Shown here: piece after piece, positions 58,958 to 64,000 of the stretch
Layout: the number at the start of each line of letters is the position of its first letter
How positions within the stretch are numbered: the stretch's first letter is position 1
Origin: Squalus acanthias
Lineage: Eukaryota
Direction: 5' to 3'
NCBI GenBank assembly: GCA_030390025.1
Contig: CM059432.1
Span: 22,632,001-22,696,000, forward strand
DNA: 64,000 nucleotides
Notes under the pieces: generated by a model
What the model was told of the DNA's origin: nothing
What the model saw: only the letters and a program-made list of their open reading frames with translations
Databases searched by the model: none
Program-made: the position numbers and the translations under genes

Positions 58958-61078
58958 TGGGTACAGTAGTGTAGTGGTTATGTTACCGAACTTGTAATCC
59001 AGAAACCTGGACTAATAATCCAGAGATTTTTGGCCGGAATTTAGCCGGTGCTCAGCGGACGGGATCGGTGGCGGGTCAGCAGTGAAATTTGATTTGATTG
59101 ACAGCAGGTCGGGAACCTGCTGTCAAATCGTGCAAACTTGCCTTTCCCAATGTCGGGTCTGCCAGCACTGAGCAGACCCGACCAGCAGCGGCAGGGGACC
59201 TAATTTAAACAATTATTGGCTTGTTGACAAGCCCTTGAGAGTGAATTTAACCTTACCTTTTGACTTTAAGAGCTCGCCCACGGCTTCCACACTGCTCCTG
59301 GACCCCATCTGTTAATCTGAGGTGGAAGTTGAGTGGCCATTGAATCAGCTGATGAGTGACAGCTTGAAATGTAGTATAAAAGCTCCCACTTCACACCTGT
59401 TCATTATCAAGCGCAGAAGCTGTTGATTTCTCCCTTTGGAACACAAATTGAGGTTTATGCAGACTACAAGTGTTTGGAGCAAACTCTCCAGCCAGTGTCA
59501 CCTCATTGGAGCAACCTCTCTCACCATTGACAGATCGCTTCTGTCATCTCAAGTTCACCTGCCATCTATTACATCAGAATGGGTACGGTTTATACTGTCT
59601 CACCTTGGTCCTCAGAATCCCACCACGATCAGCCCCAACACCAGCACCCGACCACATTGCTGCTTGGGAGGCCAGGGATGGCCTTAGCATGGCCAGATTT
59701 ACTTCACTTGATGCTGTACACCCTGGCTGCCACATGATGTGCCAGGTTGGCACCACCCCACACCAACACCATAAAGCATTCCTACAATGCCCAAGCCATT
59801 CCTTTCACACTCATCACCATTGCGGGGGGTACCGTTATGTCTCACCATTCACTGCAACTCACTTCCAAAGGTGCACACAAATCTGTCCAAGAACGGAAAG
59901 TATTGAAAATAAGGATTTCAATGTTTGACACCACATTAACAGAAACTTTACATGAACATTGCATAAAAAACCCAAGTGCCTACCCTTGTGTGCTGTTAGT
60001 TGGAATGATTGCACGAGGACGAGGGTGAGTGTGAAAGGTGGCTAGTGAGATGGGGATGTGATAATATAGATAGAAAGGAATGGGTGGAGGTCCAAGATAA
60101 ATTGGTGTGAGTAAGGATGTGCAGGAGTTGGGTAGGGAAGGCAGAGTGATGAGGATGTGATGACAGGCACAGCAGGATGAGGTTGAGTGTGGCTTTGCAG
60201 TTAGATTTTGTGATCTACTGAGATCATTGAAACATTTGCAACACTGTATCCAGGTCCTCCTGACCACATCCCTGCTTGTGCCCTCCTGTGCAATGTGCAA
60301 CCAGGCTGTGTTGATCTCCTGGGGAGGTCTCTTCCGCCTATCGGAAGGGAAGAGGACCTCCCTGCGTGCTGTGACTCCCTCCATACGCATATGAAGGGAG
60401 TCATGAGAGAGCCTGGGTGCAGCCTTTGATTGTCAGTGTTTGCAGCACCTCAATGCTGTAGAACACTGACAGCACAAATGTCAAAATAAATTTGGACATG
60501 GTCTCTTTAAGGAAACCGACTGATGACGCGTCATCAAATTACGTCATCAGACCCGCTTCCTCTAATTGGCCGGGAAACGCACTGGGCGGGCTTAACAAAT
60601 CCTATCAAGGGAAATTCATTCTACACAGCGGGATGGAGCCAGCAGCAGGGTCGGGACCCACCACCATCGTTGCCAGCCACGGACCCGCCGAGGTTAGTAA
60701 AATCGCGGCCATTGAGTTCAAATCCCACCATGGTAGTTTCAAAATTTGAATTCAAATTCAAAAATCTAGAAATGTAAAGCTGGTACCAGTAAAAGTGAGC
60801 ATGATACTGTCAGATTGTAGTAAAAACCCATCTGGTAAAGGGGACCTGCTGTCCTTATCTGGTCTGGCCAATCTCACACCAGCTTGGTTGCGTCTGGAGT
60901 GGCTTAAGTTGTATCCAACTGCTAGAAAGGAACAAAAGAATCTTGGTCAAAATCCTGGAACTCCCTACCTAACAGCATTGTAGAGCACCTTCTGTAATGG
61001 TTCAAGAGAAAGGCTCACCACCCCCTTCTGAAGGGCAACTAGGGATAGGCAATAAATCCCAAGAATGAATTAAAAAAA
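58958..61078 (+). mobile_element. tRNA-headed SINE (family 2) split by a Harbinger derivative
   Basis: Head 58958-59031 continues at 60711 (GAGTTCAAATCCCACCA, B-box-like). Confidence 0.75.
59032..60710. mobile_element. Internally deleted Harbinger derivative retaining Myb/SANT exon 1 (minus, ~60200-60390)
   Basis: TIRs GGCCGGAATTTA / TAAAATCGCGGCC; flanks TTT/ATT; RREVLFPSDRRKRPPQEINTAWLHIAQE...CFNDL. Confidence 0.8.
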
Positions 61079-61299
61079 GAAAGTTTAGCAAATACAACCT
61101 GCATTCTCAAGACTATTATCTGATAATGTACAGCTTCTCTCTCCCATCTTAACTCTTTTCCCTTTTCTCTTGATTCTAGGGCCTTCTCAACACCAAGAAA
61201 CTACCGTAGAAGAGCACAACTCAAAGAAGGGCAATCCTTCTGACGATGCACTGTCAGGCGCGCCACTCTCCCAGTCACCAGCTCAGACATTAGCACTCT

Positions 61300-64000
61300 G
61301 AGCAGGGAGACAGAGGAAAGGGAAACAAGGATAAAAGCAAAAGATAGGAAGGAGAAAAACAAAAGTTGCAGTCAGAGAAAACAACAGTTTAAATCAAACA
61401 TGGCCACAGTAAATACTAATTCTAATAGGTCTAAGAGCATTAAAAAAACAAGCCTGAAGACTATGTCTTAATGCAAGGAGCATTCGGAACAAGGTGGACG
61501 AATTAGCTGCGCAAATAGAGGTAAACAAATATGATTTGATTGGGATTACCGAAACATGGCTCCAGGGTGGCCAAGGCTGGGAACTTAATATCCAGGGGTA
61601 CTCAATATTCAGGAAAGATAGGCAAAAAGGAAAGGGAGGTGGGGTAGCATTGCTGGTTAAAGAGGGGATTAACACAATTGAAAGGAAGGATATTAGCTCT
61701 GATGATGTGGAATCTGCATGGGTTGAATTGAGAAATAACAAGGGGCAGAAAAAGTTAGTGGGAGTGATATATAGACCTCCAAACAGTAATGTGGAGGTTG
61801 GGGATGGAATTAAAAGGGAAATTAGAGAAGCGTGCAATAAGGGCACAGCAGTCATCATGGGTGACTTTAATCTACATATAGATTGGGCTAACCAAATTAG
61901 TAACAATACTATGGAGGAGGAATTCCTGGAGTGTTTACGGGATGGTTTCCTGGACCAATATGTCGAGGAACCAACCAGACATCAGGCCATCTTAGACTGG
62001 GTATTATGCAATGAGAAAGGATTAATTAGCAATCTTGTTGTGCGAGGCCCCTTGGGTCGGAGCGATCATAATATGATAGAATTCTTCATTAGGATGGAGA
62101 GTGAAGTAGTTGAATCAGAGACTAGGGACCTGAATTTAAATAAAGGAAACTACGATGGCATGTGGTGCGAGTTGGGTAGGATTGATTGGGGATTGTCACT
62201 CAAAGGGTTGACTGTGGATAGGCAATGGCAAACATTCAAAGACCGCATGGACGAACTGCAGAATTTGTTCATCCCAGTTTGGCATAAGAATAAAACAAAA
62301 AGGGTGACTCAACCATGGCTAACAAGGGAAATTAGGGATAGCATAAGATCTAAGGAGAGGGCATATAAATTAGCCAGAAAAAGCAGTAACCCTGTGGATT
62401 GGGAGCAGTTTAAGATTCAACAAAGGAGGACAAAGGGATTAATTAAGAAGGGGTTAATAGAATACGAGAGTAAGCTTGCAGGGAACATAAAAACTGACTG
62501 TAAAAGCTTTTATAGATATGTGAAGAGAAAAAGATTAGTGAAATCAAGCATAGGTCCCTTGCAGTCAGAATCAGGGGAACTTATAATGGGGAACAAAGAA
62601 ATGTCAGACGAATTAAATACATATTTTGGTTCTGTCTTCACAAAGGAGGACACAAATAACCTCCCAGAGATGTTGGGGAACATAGGGTCTGATGAAAGGG
62701 AGGAACTGAAAGAAATCAGTATTTGTAGGGAAATGGGCAAAGTCAACATGGATTTACAAAAGGTAAATCATGCTTGACTAATCTACTGGAATTTTTTGAG
62801 GATGTAACTGGTAGAATAGATAAGGGAGAACCAGTAGATATGGTGTATTTGGACTTCCAAAAGGCTTTTGATAAGGTCCCGCATAAGAGATTAGCGTGTA
62901 AAGTTAAGGCACATGGGATTGGGGGCAAGGTATTGACTTGGATAGAGAACTGGTTGGCAGACAGAAAGCAAAGAGTTGGAATAAACGGGTCTTTTTCCGA
63001 GTGGCAGGCAGTGACTAGTGGGGTACCGCAGGGATCGGTCCTTGGACCCCAGCTATTCACAATATATATTAATGATCTAGACAAGGGAACTAGATGTAAT
63101 ATCTCCAAGTTTGCAGATGACACAAAACTGGGCTGCGAGGAGGATACCGAGAAACTCCAGGATGATTTGGACAGGTTGGGTGATTGGGCAGAAACATGGC
63201 AGATGCAATATAACGTGGATAAATGCGAGGTTATCCACTTTGGTGTCAAAAACAGAAAGGCAGATTATTATCTGAATGGCAATAGATTGGGAGAAGGGGA
63301 AGTGCAACGAGATCTGGGTGTCCTTGTGCACCAGTCGCTGAAGGTAAGCATGCAGGTGCAGCAGGCGGTTAAGAAGGCAAATGGTATGTTGGCCTTCATA
63401 GCGAGAGGGTTTGAGTACAGGAACAAGGATGTCTTGCTGCAGTTGTACAGGGCCTTGGTGAGACCACACCTTGAGTATTGTGTGCAGTTTTGGTCACCTT
63501 ATCTGAGGAAGGATGTTCTTGCCATGGAAGGAGTTCAGTGAAGATTCACAAGGCTGATACCTGGGATGGCAGGAATGAGGTATGAAGAGAGATTGGGTCG
63601 ATTGGGCTTATACTCGCTGGAGTTTAGAAGAATGAGAGGGGATCTCATTGAAACTAAGAAAATTCTGACAGGACAGGACAAACTAGATGCAGGAAGGATG
63701 TTCCCGATGGTCGGGGAGTCCAGAACCAGGGGTCACAGTCTAAGGATAAGGGGTAAGCCATTTAGGACAGAAATGAGGAGGAATTTCTTCACCCAGAGAG
63801 TGGTGAACCTGTGGAATTCTCTGCCACAGAAGGCAGTAGAGGCCAATTCATTAAATAGATTCAAGAAGGAGTTGGATATATTTCTTAAGGCTAAAGGGAT
63901 CAAGGGATATGGGGAGAAAGCAGGGACAGGGTACTGAATTTGGATGATCAGCCATGATCGCATTGAATGGCGGAGCAGGCTAGAGGGGCCGAATGGCCTA
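61300..64000 (+). mobile_element. CR1 lacking ORF1; ORF2 with an internal deletion near 62737 and stops
   Basis: APE ORF 61494-62777 jumps from ICREM directly to the QSQHGF region; RT ORFs 62774-63541 and 63566-63937. Confidence 0.93.

Overview
This is eukaryotic, transposon-saturated genomic DNA. The CR1 3' tails, Deu-domain SINEs and L2 relics point to a vertebrate, most likely a cartilaginous fish (inference). No host protein-coding gene could be supported, and most ORFs in the track are TE-derived or antisense shadows. The window holds three full-length CR1-clade LINEs: A 663-5639 (-), B 23617-28597 (-, both ORFs intact) and C 33230-37703 (+). It also holds many truncated or nested CR1 copies, a complete PIF/Harbinger transposon (5682-9814) with an open transposase and a damaged spliced Myb/SANT partner gene, Harbinger MITEs and relics, two long solo LTRs, one possible mini-LTR, L2 fragments and two SINE families. 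The most interesting signals are in the full-length CR1s. (1) A U_UUA_AAC slippery heptamer directly before the ORF1 stop leads into an AUG-less ORF2 in the -1 frame, in two divergent families, suggesting a programmed -1 frameshift. (2) A ~56-nt 5'UTR element has an 8-bp stem with three compensatory base-pair swaps between families. (3) The 5' ends carry exchangeable 74-76 bp monomer arrays whose conserved core reads both as a promoter module and as splice signals.
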